Of a stretch of 64,000 bases of DNA, positions 13,302 through 34,900 are shown in pieces. Positions within the stretch are counted from its first letter, which is position 1, and every line of letters begins with the position of its first letter. The stretch is from the NCBI GenBank assembly GCA_002104945.1, contig MCFH01000041.1, positions 1 to 64,000 on the forward strand. The letters run 5' to 3'. The DNA is from Piromyces finnis finn. Lineage: Eukaryota; Fungi; Neocallimastigomycota. Below the pieces are notes generated by a model. The model saw only the letters and a program-made list of their open reading frames with translations. It made no database searches and was not told where the DNA came from. The position numbers and the translations under genes are program-made.

Positions 13302-13441
13302 ACTTCCGAGTGCATTTCTCCCATCGATCAGAGTTAGCTCCAATGGTGGTTCTTAGAGAAACGTTGGCTCATTCCTATTGCTAGGTGGTTGTGACCCTCC
13401 TGGTCTGTCATACTGTTTCTTCAGCTTCGACGCTCACATAA
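13302..13441 (+). ncRNA. Probable structured ncRNA with box H/ACA snoRNA-like layout
   Basis: About 140 nt at roughly 50% GC inside about 10% GC DNA, with no long ORF in the frames I translated. ANANNA box (AGAGAA, 13355-13360) lies between two foldable halves, and ACA sits at 13436-13438 at the island's 3' edge. Stems CCAT/ATGG, GAG/CTC, CGTTG/CGACG, TGTGAC/GTCATA. Confidence 0.6.
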
Positions 13442-14220
13442 TAATAAATACTTTTAAAAATATATAAATTATATATTTTTTTGAAATAATAAATTATAAT
13501 ATTTAAAAATAAAAAAAAAAATAAAAAAGAAATATAAATAAAATTAAAAAAAAAAATATATATATAATATTAATGCAAAAAAAATAAAAAATTTAATACA
13601 ATTTTATAAAATTAATAAATATATTTGGGCAATATAATAATTTGTCAGATATAATAATGTGACTTCAGTCAATATCATTATTCTTATATTATTGACTTAT
13701 TCTATTGTTTTATTAACATTAATCACCCATTAATTATCTTTCTTTCTTTCTTTCTTTGCTACAAAATGAGTTAAATATAATTAATCACCTAAAAATAATA
13801 TAAAAGAATATAATGAATCATAAAGAATTAATAAAAATAGTAAAAGATACTAAATATAACTTTATTAATTTCTAAAATTTATCAAGATCACTAAATAATG
13901 CTTTAACATTTATAAAGTTAGATTATTTAAATATATTTAAATATAATTACAATTTTATTATTTTATTATTTATTATTTTTCTTAATTTGATTTATTTATT
14001 TATCATCAATTTCTTTTGCTTTTAATATTTTTATTATATATTTTTAAGATGTTCTTTTCTTTTTCTTTTTATCTGGAATTATTAGCATTTTATATCTTTT
14101 ATGAAAATTAATTAATTGGACAAAGTGTAACTATAAAATAAATTTTTTATAATATTACTATAAATTAGGTATATCAAATAAAAATCATTATTTTATATGT
14201 TCAAATAATTATTTGAATCT

Positions 14221-15174
14221 TTAGTCTCTTTCAGTTTCAAAATCAATTAAACGCTTGCGAATTTCAGCTAGAATTTCATTTTGCTTCTTTGGACCTTCAG
14301 CAAGTTGTCTTATACAAAGAACATGTCTATTTAAAATATCAAACTTTTCATTAATAATATCAATGTCTTCTTCGTTTCCAGTTTTTAATTTCTTCTTATC
14401 TGGTTCTGTGGTACTCTTATATGGCTTCCAACCAACAACAACACCACCAGACTCTCTTAAAATACAAGTAGCTGCACAAACATCCCAAGCATGAATACCA
14501 ATTTCATAATAAGCATCACATGAACCACGAGCAACATAACACATATTTATAGCTGCTGAACCGAATGAACGAATACCATGAACCGGATATGAAATAACGT
14601 CATGTAATGTATCAAGTTTAGCTTTAATTGATTCTTCACTACGGTTAGCCCCATATTCAGTAATAATAAGTGATTTTTCTAGTGTTTCGAGTGGTTGTAT
14701 TGGACGAATCGTTGGTAATGGTTTTCCATTTAAGAAAGCACCACCATTCTTACTAGCAGTATATAAATCATTTAAGATTGGGTTGAATATAACACCAATA
14801 ACAGGTTCCTTTTTAATTAATAAACCAATTGAAATACAAATGAATGGTAAACCATGAACAAAATTAGTTGTACCATCAATTGGATCAATACACCAGGTTG
14901 GTTCATCAGTTAAGTTACAACTAGCATTATTGTTAGCAGCTGTAGTTTCTTCACCAATGAACGAGTGAGTTGGAAAAGTCTTATTTAAATGGCTTTTGAC
15001 CATCTTTTCGACATATTGGTCAGTAGCAGTAACAAGATCTGAAGAATTGTTTTGTTTTATATTTAAATTTTCGCTAATAAATTGTCTATTTTCAAAAGAT
15101 TCTTTAATTATCTTTCCCGCAATTTTAGCAATCTTTACAGCTTCATCTAAGTATTGTTGATATTCTGAAGACAT
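14221..15174 (-). CDS. Inositol monophosphatase, single exon, 317 aa
   Basis: DLVTATD, FIGEET, WCIDPIDGTTNFVHG, IRSFGSAA, YYEIGIHAWDVCAA are the eukaryotic IMPase signatures. Confidence 0.95.
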   Translation of the reverse strand: MSSEYQQYLDEAVKIAKIAGKIIKESFENRQFISENLNIKQNNSSDLVTATDQYVEKMVKSHLNKTFPTHSFIGEETTAANNNASCNLTDEPTWCIDPIDGTTNFVHGLPFICISIGLLIKKEPVIGVIFNPILNDLYTASKNGGAFLNGKPLPTIRPIQPLETLEKSLIITEYGANRSEESIKAKLDTLHDVISYPVHGIRSFGSAAINMCYVARGSCDAYYEIGIHAWDVCAATCILRESGGVVVGWKPYKSTTEPDKKKLKTGNEEDIDIINEKFDILNRHVLCIRQLAEGPKKQNEILAEIRKRLIDFETERD

Positions 15175-15967
15175 TTTTCATTTAATGTATTTTCTTTTTA
15201 AATTTCTTATATAAATTAATTATTTATTGAAAATATTGAAAATTTGTTATTATAGAATAAAATTCAAAACTATAAATAAAATAATGATAATAATAAAATA
15301 ATATAAAATATTTAATATTTTAGTTATTTTAAAATGCTCCTAATTTTAAATTTATACTTTTATATATTATATAATTTCAAATTTTATACTTTTTTTGAGT
15401 TATCTTAAAAATTATTTTATTCCAATATAAATAAAAAAAAAATAAAAACTACTACTTTTCTTTCATTAAATATAAAAATATAAAAATTAAAGCTTTTAGC
15501 CAATAACTTTTAAATAGATTAACTTTACATATTTAATAAATTATTTAATAAAAAGAAAATTTTAAAAATTATTATTATATAATTATTGGCGATTCATTAT
15601 AATTTAATATTTAATATGAAAATATAGTACAATTTAAATAATAATGATGATGTATTATATAATGGATAAAACATTCCTTTTAATTAACCACTCTATTAAT
15701 ATTCTAATATTTAATGATTTTAACATTCTCTTTTTTTAAAAAAAAAAAAATAAAAAAATAAAAACTTTATGAATAAATAATATCAAGCAATTATTTTTAT
15801 TATTATTCAATATTTATTAATAAATAAAATAAATTAATAATAGTTAAACAAAATATATTATTAAAATTGACTATATTAAATTAAGTTATGTATTGTTTTT
15901 AACGCTTTATTCTAATCAGATAAAATTATAAAATAAAATAATTTAGACTATTATTCTATATAAATAT

Positions 15968-17420
15968 TTAATGATGTCTTTTTTTTCCTTTTCCTTTCTT
16001 TTTACCACCACTTCTTGCTCTTCTTAAACTATTGTCAGTACTTGCGATACGACCAAAAGATGCCGAACGTGTTTCATTTGTATTCATATGAGCCGCTTGT
16101 GCTTTTGAAATAGTAAGAATACCATTTTTATAATGACCAATACTTCCATTTAAACCTCTATCTTTTTTGGCGGGTGTTTTAGTCTCAAGTTTCCATTTAT
16201 TTTTAATAGATGGGTCATATAAACCATTATCTTTAGCATTTTGTAAATCTTTAGCATTTTTCGCTATTTGACTTTGTTTTACTATTAATCTTTGTTTAAA
16301 TGGCATTTTAGGGGCTTTTGATTGCTATTATTATTATTATTATTATTATCGATTTATATATTATTAAAAATTATATTATTAAAAATTATATTATTAAAAA
16401 TTGTTTTTTTTTTTTTTTAATATATTAGAATTTTTTATATATCTTACCTTAATACCTAATTCTACTAACTTTCTTTTTTTATACCTTCTTAAATCCTCCC
16501 CAGTTAATTCTTGTGAAGCTATTATTAATATTACAAAAATACAAGTTGATAATGAAAATTAAAATACTATATTAATTAAAATTTTAGGAAAATATAAATA
16601 ACATATTATATTTATACCATAATTTTCAACTAATTTAGTTGCTTCCAAAATATTCATTAATTCTTGGTCATTCATATCGTCTTCCCTATTGTTTTTTATA
16701 ATTTTAAAATAAAAAAAAAAATTAGAGATAATTTTTTTTAATTTAATATAATTTTTTATAAATTATTTTATAACACTTACTTATCTTGATCTATTTCTTC
16801 TTGTGTTCTCTTTTGTTGTATAACTTTTTTCTTTCCATTAATATCACTTACTTTTGAAGACTAATAATTTCAAATTCATAAATATATATTTTAAATAAGC
16901 CAATTTTTTATTAATTATTAATATTTATCAAAATTTAATCATTTTTATTTGTATTCTATTTAAAAGCTACCATAAATTGCTTCCAATCTTGCTTTGAATT
17001 TTTTCCTGAACCTCTCATACTTGTATCATTGAAAACAACAACTTCGGGTTGTTTAACTACTTCCGGATTTTTGATAGTTTTAGATGTTGCAATTGGTATA
17101 ATGTCTTTATTTTATTTGTTATAATTACATTATATTTAGTAAAAACAATTATTAATTATACATACTATATATTATATATAATTATAATAAAATAAATAAT
17201 GTAAAGGTTTTTTTTTTTTATTTATTTTTAAGGCTAATTAAAAATATATAATAATTTAATTATTTATCAACATCACACCTTCAATATTATCTCCTTTAAT
17301 TTCAATAGGTATTAAATCTTTATTTGCATTCTTATCTTTAAAACCTTTTTTACTTAATAAGGCTTCTAATTTTAAATCTTCTTCATCTTCTTCAGTCCAT
17401 TGAGTTAACCTTTGCTTCAT
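15968..17420 (-). CDS. Faf1/C1orf131-like 40S ribosome biogenesis factor, 6 exons
   Basis: ATG at 17420 (MKQRLTQW). Spliced exons give DDMNDQELMNILEATKL...LTGEDLRRYKKRKLVELG...KMPFKQR...KKDRGLNGSIGHYKNGILTISK, resembling the recalled Faf1 C-terminus (KRERGLKISSVGRSTRNGLIVSK). Basic tail. Confidence 0.7.
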
Positions 17421-17650
17421 TTTGTATATTTTAATTAATTAATTTAATTTTAAAATAATATATAATTTATTTTGATTTTGATTTAGATGTATATTTATAT
17501 GCGTTTTTTTAACTATAAAATTTCACAATTTAATTATTAAAGTTTATTTCATTTTCTATAACTAATTATTAATTCGAAATTTACACTACTTCAAATTAAT
17601 ATTTTAAAATTTTTAATAAAATTTGGTGTGTTTATGGAAATTTTAATAAA

Positions 17651-17657
17651 TGATTGG
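17651..17657 (-). promoter_or_regulatory. CCAAT box (AACCAATCA on minus strand) about 230 bp upstream of the FAF1-like ATG
   Basis: TGATTGG read directly; it is in sense orientation relative to the gene. Confidence 0.4.
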
Positions 17658-17841
17658 TTAATTTATTTATATATTTTTATGTTTATTATTATAAAATAAA
17701 AGCAAATTTTGAAGGTATATTTTTTATAAAATAAAAACTAATATGAATCATAAATAAATTAAGAATTTGAAAAGAGAAAATACATTCCCTTTTTTAATAT
17801 TTTTAAAAATAGAAAATAATAATTAAAATAGATTTTTATTA

Positions 17842-23318
<5,477 letters not shown>

Positions 23319-23739
23319 TGTTTTTATTTATTTATATATCATTTAAATAATTTTTAAATTAAAGAAATTAAAAATTAGAAATAAAAATTACTAACATAAG
23401 CGTACAAAATATTTATAAATTTATTAATTTATTTATTATTCAATTTATAAATGATTTAATTTTTTAATTAGTTTCACAAAATAAATTTTTGTGTATAGCT
23501 TCCATTTTAAATTCATTACTTATATAATTATCAAAATAATTATAAATTATAATATATTCTTTTAATTATTTATTTGTTTTTGAGTTTTTTTTTTTTTTTT
23601 TTTATTTTTTATTATTAAATTCAGTATTATTGAAAATATAATTATTAATAAATAGAAAAATTACAAAAAAAAAAAAAAAATTATCTAAAATAAAAAATAT
23701 ATATAATGAATTGAATAATATAAAATAAAAAAAAAAAAA

Positions 23740-23786
<47 letters not shown>

Positions 23787-24041
23787 AAAGAGTAAAAGTA
23801 ACAATATCTCATTGTTTAAAATAGTGAACTTAAAGCAATATAATTAAAAATAATAATAATAAATAAGAAAAATATATGTAAAAAAAAAAAAAAAAAAAAA
23901 AAAGACCATTATATAATAAAATTAAAAATACTCATTAATTAAGCATTTATTAAATATTTGATATAATGATCAACTTGTAATAAATAATAAAATATATGCA
24001 ATATTATACTATTGGTAATGGTAATATAATATAATTTTTAA

Positions 24042-26919
<2,878 letters not shown>

Positions 26920-29900
26920 TTTTCCTTCTAATTTTTTCTAAATTTTTTCTAGTAATATATCAATATCAACTTTTTTTTGATATTTTTTTATAATTAAAGA
27001 AAATAAAATAAAATAAAAAAAAACTAAAAATTATTTTCTATTATATATTCTTTTTTTTTACTTTTTCTATTTCCTTAAGTTGCTGTAATTATTTATTATT
27101 TATTATGTACTTTCTTTTATAAATGTTTGATTTAAACCAAACATTTAAAAAAATATATATTTTTTAATTTTGTTTTATATTTAAAATAATGGTTTGTTAA
27201 TTTTATTTTATAAAATTATATTAGAATACCAAAGAAAAATGTTTAATATCTTTCTTTTTTATATAAATAAATTATTATTTTTTTATTAAAGTTTTAATTC
27301 ACTTTTTATATTTAAAAAAAAACTTCATATTATCAAGTATAAAAGTATATAATACTTATTTCTATTCTTTTTATTTTATATATATTTATATATCCTTTTT
27401 TAAAAATAAGTATATTGATAATATAAATTCTATTTAGAATTTCTAGAACTTTTTTCCTTTCTAATTAATTACACTTTGCTTTTAATTAACAAAAAGAAAA
27501 AAAAATAATTATTTACTTAGTATAGAGTAATAAAAAAGTCAAAATTAAAACTTGTGTATATGAAATTGTTTTAGTGTATTAATTATAGTATTCCTTTTAT
27601 ATTGGAAATTTAAATAAATGAAAAAAATATATATATAATAAATTATGTGCGTATGCTTGAGAATTTAAAACGAATCGTACAGATTGATAAAATGCGTGAG
27701 TTATTAAATGCGTGTTATTTTTTTTTAAAAGAAAAAAAATATAAAAAAGTGCGAATATATGAAGCTTTACTAAAATATATGAAGTTTTCACATTATACAA
27801 TAAATATGATATTAAAGATATTTATGAATTCAAAATAAAATTGAAAACATTATTTTTTCTATATATTTGATATTATTATCACAATTATTTTGGTATTTTT
27901 AATAATTAATAATAATATTTAAATTATCATTAAATACCTATAATAATCCTTAAAAACTATCAAAAGTCAGATATTAATTTTTTTTTTTTTTAATATTCTC
28001 TTATTAAATAATTTTTCTTATATTCTAACATTACAAACCACAGATTTTTGGAGTTTAAAAAAAATTATTTAGGAATCTTTGTATTTATATATATATATTT
28101 TTTATACATATTATCTACAACATGATTTGTTCTTTTATTAAAAAAAATTTTTTTTATTTATATTACAAAAAATATATAAAAATAACATTTTAAGTAATTT
28201 TTTTAAATTTTTTAAATGGATCGATCACACAAATTATAAAATTAATTCGTACTTAATATATAACGAATTGACAATAGTTAAATAGTTTTAAATAATTTAT
28301 TCATTTATTTATTCATTTATTTATTTACATATCATGTAAACTAATATTTTTTTAAGACAGATAAAAAGATGAATACTTAAATATATCATAATATGTAGAA
28401 TAAATATTTTAATATATATTAGATTAAAATTTAATATGTTTAAATACATATTTTAATTAAAAAATTGGTTACATTATTTTTAATTAAAAATAAAATTTTA
28501 TTAAGATTTTAAATTTAAAATCGTAATAAAATAATGAATAAATAAATAATACATATATATTACTTTAATATAATGCATATACTACAATTTTTGTAAATTA
28601 TTGATTTAATTTAAAAAATAAATATGTTAAATATTAAATGTAATAATATTTTTAAAATAAAATACAGACATTTTAATTCATTTCATGTTTTCCATAATTC
28701 CATAATACTAATAAAGTTTTATATAAAGAAATAACAATCAATAGTAAAAAAAAAAAAAAACCAAAATTACATTCCACATTAAATTATATTTTATTTCTTT
28801 GTACTTATAGTAATTGTAAAATAAATATATAATTTTATCTATATACATATACAGAATTAGATCAATCTATCAATTCATTCTTTTATTACCATAAAATAAT
28901 GTTTGACTATTATTTAAAAATAATTATAAAAATATTACCAATTATAAATTTTAATAATAAATAGTATTTTATACAATTAAACAAAAAGTAAAGCCATAAT
29001 TCAATTTAATAAACTGAAATTAGATGATGATTACATATATAATTCATATTATTACAGTGTTTCAATTTTAGTAATTCAAAATACTATAATTATAATATTT
29101 TTCTAAAATAATGAAATAGAATTTGAAAATGCTTTTACAATATTAGAAATCTAAAAAAAAAAATCGTAATATCATTAGTGTTACAGAAAAATTCAAATAA
29201 CAATAATAATATAATAATAATAAATTTATATAAAAATATATGGAATATTTATTATATTATATTATATTATATTATATTATTTATATATTTTTTCTTATAA
29301 TTACTTAAAAGTAATATAACAATATTCTGCATAAAATAGTTTATTCATTCCCATATGATATACGAATTCTATATAAATATTTCTAATAAAAAAATTAAGT
29401 TCATTTAATATTATAACATTATTATTTCAACGTTACACAAAATATAAATAAATTCTTAATAGTAATAACAATTAAAGGTTTTTTTTCTATAAATGTCAAT
29501 AACTTTTATTATAATTTATTTAATCCAAATATAGAAAAATTTTTGTTCAACTTTCAATTTTATTTCCTAATTAGTAAAAATGAATAAAAATTAATCTAAA
29601 TAAAATTACACCATGTAGCCAATAGAATTAATTTTAACATTTATTTTTTTTTCATTAATATTAATAAAATTATTTTTATAATAAATAAGGTTTGTTAGAA
29701 TAAAAAATGATGGGAAATAAAAAATTAAATTAAAATAAAATCTAAATTACAATAATAGTAAAAATGACTCAGATTTCTATTATTTATAATATAATATAAA
29801 TAATTAGCAGAAGATATCATAAAGTCATTCCATATAATTAATATAAACTGTTATTAATATTAATATATAAAAATAATTAAAAGTTATGATAAATTTTAAT

Positions 29901-31033
29901 TAATATTTAAAGCAAAGTCATTTTATATCTTCTTTAAAGTTGAATCAATCCGTTTTAAATTGATTCGATTTTAAGTAATATTCTGGCCAATGGTTATTTA
30001 TATAAAAAATGTAACATTTCTAACATAAATATTATATATTTTCAATATATTCTACTTGAAAATTTATTAAATTAATGTTTTACATATGATTAACTGTGGC
30101 TATTGTTTATGCTATTTTATTTTATATATAACATATTAAAAATACTACCAAATTGGTTGTCCTCTCCTTACATATATAAATAGAAATTAACTATAAAATA
30201 AAGTTTTTTTTATGAACTATATTAAATGCATAAATTCAATCTCATTTCTGTAAAAATATGATAATAATAAAACATTGCAAAAAAAAAAAAAAAAAAAAAA
30301 AATTAAAAAATATAGGATTAAATTATAACATAATGTCGTTTATGTTTATTACTTTTTATTCAATAATTAAATTCAACATACTATTAAACTTTAAGCCATC
30401 TATTTCTTTTTAGTATTAATAATTAAAATAATTTTAACATATTAATATTATTATCTTTTTTTTTCTAAATTATATTTAACATTCATGTTAATATATTTAG
30501 CAAATATCAAAATAGGATTTTATTTAATATATATTAATAAAATACTAACATACATAATAATTGCAAATCTACATATAAAATTATATCTATATATATATTA
30601 AAATTAATGTTGATTAAATATCTATTTTAATGATATAAAATATATATAATATATATAATATATACCATAAGTATTAATTTTATATTGTTACAGATAATGT
30701 TCTCAGTAGTTTGGGTTACTTCTATAATCCATTTTTTAAGATATTGATATCTACTATATATAATAAAAATATATCAAAATATATTAATATATTTTAATTA
30801 TAAGGAATTCTATTTTATATAGTAACTACTATATATTTGTAATATTTATAAATATTATATAAACGATTTAAACTCATACACCTTTTCTATCAATAATGTC
30901 AATGCAATAATTTAATAGTCTATTATATATTATCCGATAATACTAAAGAATTTCATTTCTTTACAATTAAAATAAAACCTATAAAATATATCGTTTATTG
31001 TCAAATCTACAAGTAAAAATTATTATTAGTATT

Positions 31034-31083
<50 letters not shown>

Positions 31084-32307
31084 ATAAGTTACAATAAAGT
31101 TATAACAATCAGAGAGTTACAATAACATATGAACTTTTTCAGTATAATATATTTCCATTATTAGAACTGGATCATGCTCTCTGGAAGAAATAATCCAAAG
31201 TAATTTCAAATTTCATATAATAATGAATAATATTTTATATATAATATATTCTACTATAAATTAGATTTAATAAGTTCATATGCTTTACCCATAAACTAAC
31301 CACATGTATTATTCATTTTTATAAAGCAATATTAATATTAAAAAGTTTAACAAAAATATAATCATTTACAACCACATACTGAAATTATAAAAACTATAAA
31401 ATTCATATTGTAATAATAATTATTTATATTTTTATATTTTTTATATTAATGTGTTTTATATATTATAATAAAATGAATATTATTAATATATTAATATTAT
31501 TAATGAAAAAATATATATACTAACCATTGAGTAAATATATAAAATTATACAGCATATAATATTACCCTTTTTATAATGTATAATTCTATTTCTAAGTATA
31601 TATTTAAAACTAAGTATATATTTAAAATATTAAATATTTAAAAAAAATATATATATTACTATGTTATTAAATATAGTAATATATATTTTTCATCTATCTT
31701 TACTTCTAATCAAAAAATAAATTATGTAAATTTTTTTTATTATTATTATAATATTATTTTAACTACAATTTATATTATTTATATTAATAAAATTTTTGTA
31801 TCAAAATAAAAGAATATATAATAAAACTTTGATACTTCATTAGACTGTAATATAAAACTGGAATGGATTAAAACAAATCGAATTAAGATATTTAATAATT
31901 TAGTATAGTGCTGTATAAGCATTTTTTTTATCATTTCAATAATACTTTTATTACAGGATAATAATTATTATATAGTACTTGCATAATTTATTTATTTATA
32001 TTACAAATTCAAAAATTACATTAACCCTTAATTAAACAATAAAAAATTTATTGAAAATCTAACCTATTATAATATATATTATTTATATTTTTATTGTTAT
32101 TTATTATTGTTACATATATGCATAAATTGTTTAGTACTCTTGTTATTTCTATATTGATAGTATTATCCTTGTTAGTATATAACAATTCTAATGAAAAATA
32201 AATACTTATTAAAATACTAAATATATACATAAAAGTTTAAATTGTTTTTCTACTTTAATGTATTTATATATAATATTTATTAAATATTTATTTCAAAAAT
32301 ATGATTA

Positions 32308-34900
32308 AAACAGGATATGAAGAATAATAATCCTAAGAAGACCTGGAAATGGATCAAGAAAACTGCAAAAATTGGAAAAAATACTTTTTTTATTGCTCAA
32401 CCAATTAAAAATATGAATGGAGATTTAGTTATTGCTACAGAAGAACGACTAGAGGTGTGATATGACCATTTCAAAAATCTTACATATGATCCAAGTGTTG
32501 TAAGTTTTGATTTGGAGCATTGGTATGAAGAACCTACGAATAAGCGTTTTTCACTCCCTATACTTAATGAATGGGATATCAACCAAGATATTAGTATTGA
32601 TGAAGTCAAGTCAACTATCCTCTCTACTCCAAACTATAAAGCATCAGGTTCGGATGGTATTCCTATTGAATTTTACAAAGCATTGATTCCTTCAAGTAAT
32701 GATTCTAATAATGCCACAGATAGTAATTCTTCTGGTATTGACACTTCAGATAATGATGCTCATGGTTTAAATTTTATTCTTAAATTATTCAACCGTATTT
32801 GGGATGGAGACCTCCCCAGCTTATGGAATGAATCTAGTATTGTTTTTATTTCTAAGAAGGGTGATTTGACAGATTGTGATAACTTTCGAGGTATATCACT
32901 TATCAATAATGGTATTAAGTTGATTTCAAAAATTGTCACCATTAGAATTTCAGAATATGGTTTTAAGAATAATTTCATTAGACTCGAACAATTTGGTTTT
33001 CGAAAAAAGGAAGAAAGTATCAGTATTTTCATTTCAATTCAAGAAATATGTCATAGGCGTCAATTAGATAATAAAGAGACATGTTAAGCCATTTTAGATC
33101 TCAGGAAAGCATATGATTCAGTCCCAATCAGTAATATTTTCCATAAATTAGATTGTTTAGGAATTAGAGATAAGAGTTTACACTTTATCAAAAATTATTT
33201 AACATCTAAAGCTAATGTCAAATTAGATGGGCAATTCTCGAAATCTTTTGATGTGAAGAAAGGAGTCCGTCAAAGTTGTCCACTTTCACCTATTCTTTTT
33301 AATCTCTTTATTAACAATATTTTTAAAGAGTGTGAAGATCTCGGAGTCAGTATAGGAGGCATTCGATGCTGTGATGGACTTTTAGCAGATGATATTGTTA
33401 TTTGTGCTTCATCAAGAAGATGCTTAAAAAAGATGCTAAAAAGAGTTAATGAATGGGCTTTGCATAATGCAATGAATTTTGGTATCCAGAAATGCTCAAC
33501 GACAGTGATTCGTCCTGAATCAGTAGAAAATCAGAACAAGAAAGATCCAACATTTTATTTAGCAGGAAAATATATTCCAACTACTGATTGCTACACTTAT
33601 CTTGGTGTTCCATTTGATAAGAATTTGTCCCTTAAACCAGTTATTAAAACTCTTAATAACAAGGTTTTGAAAGGATTTTTCTCAGTCAGTAAATTCTTAA
33701 GAAATCCTAATATTCCTATTCCTTTCAAAAAGCTAGTACTTAACTCACAAGTGATTAGCAGAGTTTCATACTTTGCACCATTACTTGGATCCAACAAAGC
33801 TAGGTCTAGGATTGCTCAGAAGCATGTTAACAAAGGAATACGATGGATTGCCGGAGTTCATAAAGTTGTATCGTTTATATCTCTATACTCTAATTCAAAT
33901 GATTTGAATATTCCTCCATTGTTAGCTAAGTGCGCATTAGCTCAGGTTAGATGTTTTAACAAGTGAAAAAACTCATATTGTATCATTCCATACCTAGTTA
34001 ATTATATTTATTATATTTCTAAATTTAGAAAATATACATGGTGCAAATCAAGTAGGACTTTTGATAAAAAATTAAAAAAGCATGAAGATGTTAAAGCAGT
34101 TAAAAACTTTTATTGGAAAGATCTCAAGGGAAATTCAATCAAAGCCCAATACTATGACAATAATAAATTTATTGAAACTAGGGATTCTATTAAATTATGT
34201 TATAAATACCCAGAATTTGCCTATGGTTTCTACTGGCTATTGAAAGAAAGAAGCGGATACAAGTTGGATGCTGGAGTTGTAAAAGCTGCTAAATTTGTTG
34301 ATCTAGTTTGTCCTAACTACTGTCCATATTGCAAGAGTGAAAATCAAAGTATTAAGCATTGATTATTAGATTTGTCCAACTTATAGAAATATCCATATTA
34401 AACATTACAATTCCATAGCCCAGCTATTAAATTTTTTCAATCAACGTAATTCCAACAATAATTATGAAAATGCTAATATAAGTAGAGATAGCAATAATAT
34501 TAATAGTAATAGTAACAATAGTAATAATAATAATAATATTAATAGTAATTCTAATAATAGTAGTAATATTAGTAATAATAGTAATAGTGAAGATAGTAAT
34601 TCTAATTTAGATAGTAATTTAGTTAATAGTAGTAATAGTTCTAATAATCCGGCCGGTGAATATTAATATGTAATAAAATATTTAAATTTCTTCTTGGGGA
34701 AGAAGTTTTAACAATATCAATTCCAATTCAAGGTTTGTAAGTGTCAAATTCAATCGGGCACTTACGAAGGAACACCATTCTTGACGGTAAAAACGGAACT
34801 TCTAACCAAAATCATGCCTTTTGCTATTGGTTAGCAATGGTCAATGTTCAAAAGGTTTGAAGCAACAACCAAGAACGTCAATACTGAAGAAATATAAAGT
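32308..34900 (+). mobile_element. 5'-truncated, decayed non-LTR (LINE) retrotransposon: RT domain plus C-terminal CCHC knuckle
   Basis: One frame with KASGSDGIP, KKGDLTDCDNFRGISL, EQFGFR, LDLRKAYDSV, GVRQSCPLSP, LADDIV, YTYLGVPF, then CPYC-x8-H-x4-C once a +1 frameshift near 34370 is corrected. In-frame stops at 32458, 33085, 33964, 34359. No endonuclease or ORF1 seen; ends are approximate. Confidence 0.92.

Noticed and set aside
13328-13436. GC island as a tRNA, 5S rRNA or U1 snRNA
   Set aside because: A-box-like (TAGCTCCAATGG) and B-box-like (GCTTCGACGC) strings exist, but there is no acceptor or D-stem pairing. 5S-like words are on the minus strand in the wrong order. There is no ACUUACCU 5' end and no Sm site.
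1506-15174. HIS6, ILV1 and an IMPase-family gene as an amino-acid biosynthesis cluster, with the IMPase acting as HisN
   Set aside because: The motifs DPIDGTTNFVHG and GIHAWDV are those of true IMPase, and unrelated housekeeping genes are interspersed.
14221-15174. Intronless IMPase as a bacterial horizontal transfer
   Set aside because: The sequence resembles eukaryotic IMPase, and lack of introns alone is insufficient evidence.
27597-27838. Two overlapping 63-67 aa ORFs
   Set aside because: AT-biased composition and no motifs; the local GC is explained by the TGCG cluster.
31592-31627. 18-bp tandem duplication as a possible target-site duplication or footprint
   Set aside because: Nearly all A/T and about 700 bp from the LINE; simple slippage suffices.
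32308-34400. TGA stops in the LINE as evidence of a UGA=Trp genetic code
   Set aside because: About 11 Trp codons remain TGG, and the element also has a TAA stop and a frameshift. Host genes in the window (for example the CCCH gene) use TGA as a stop.
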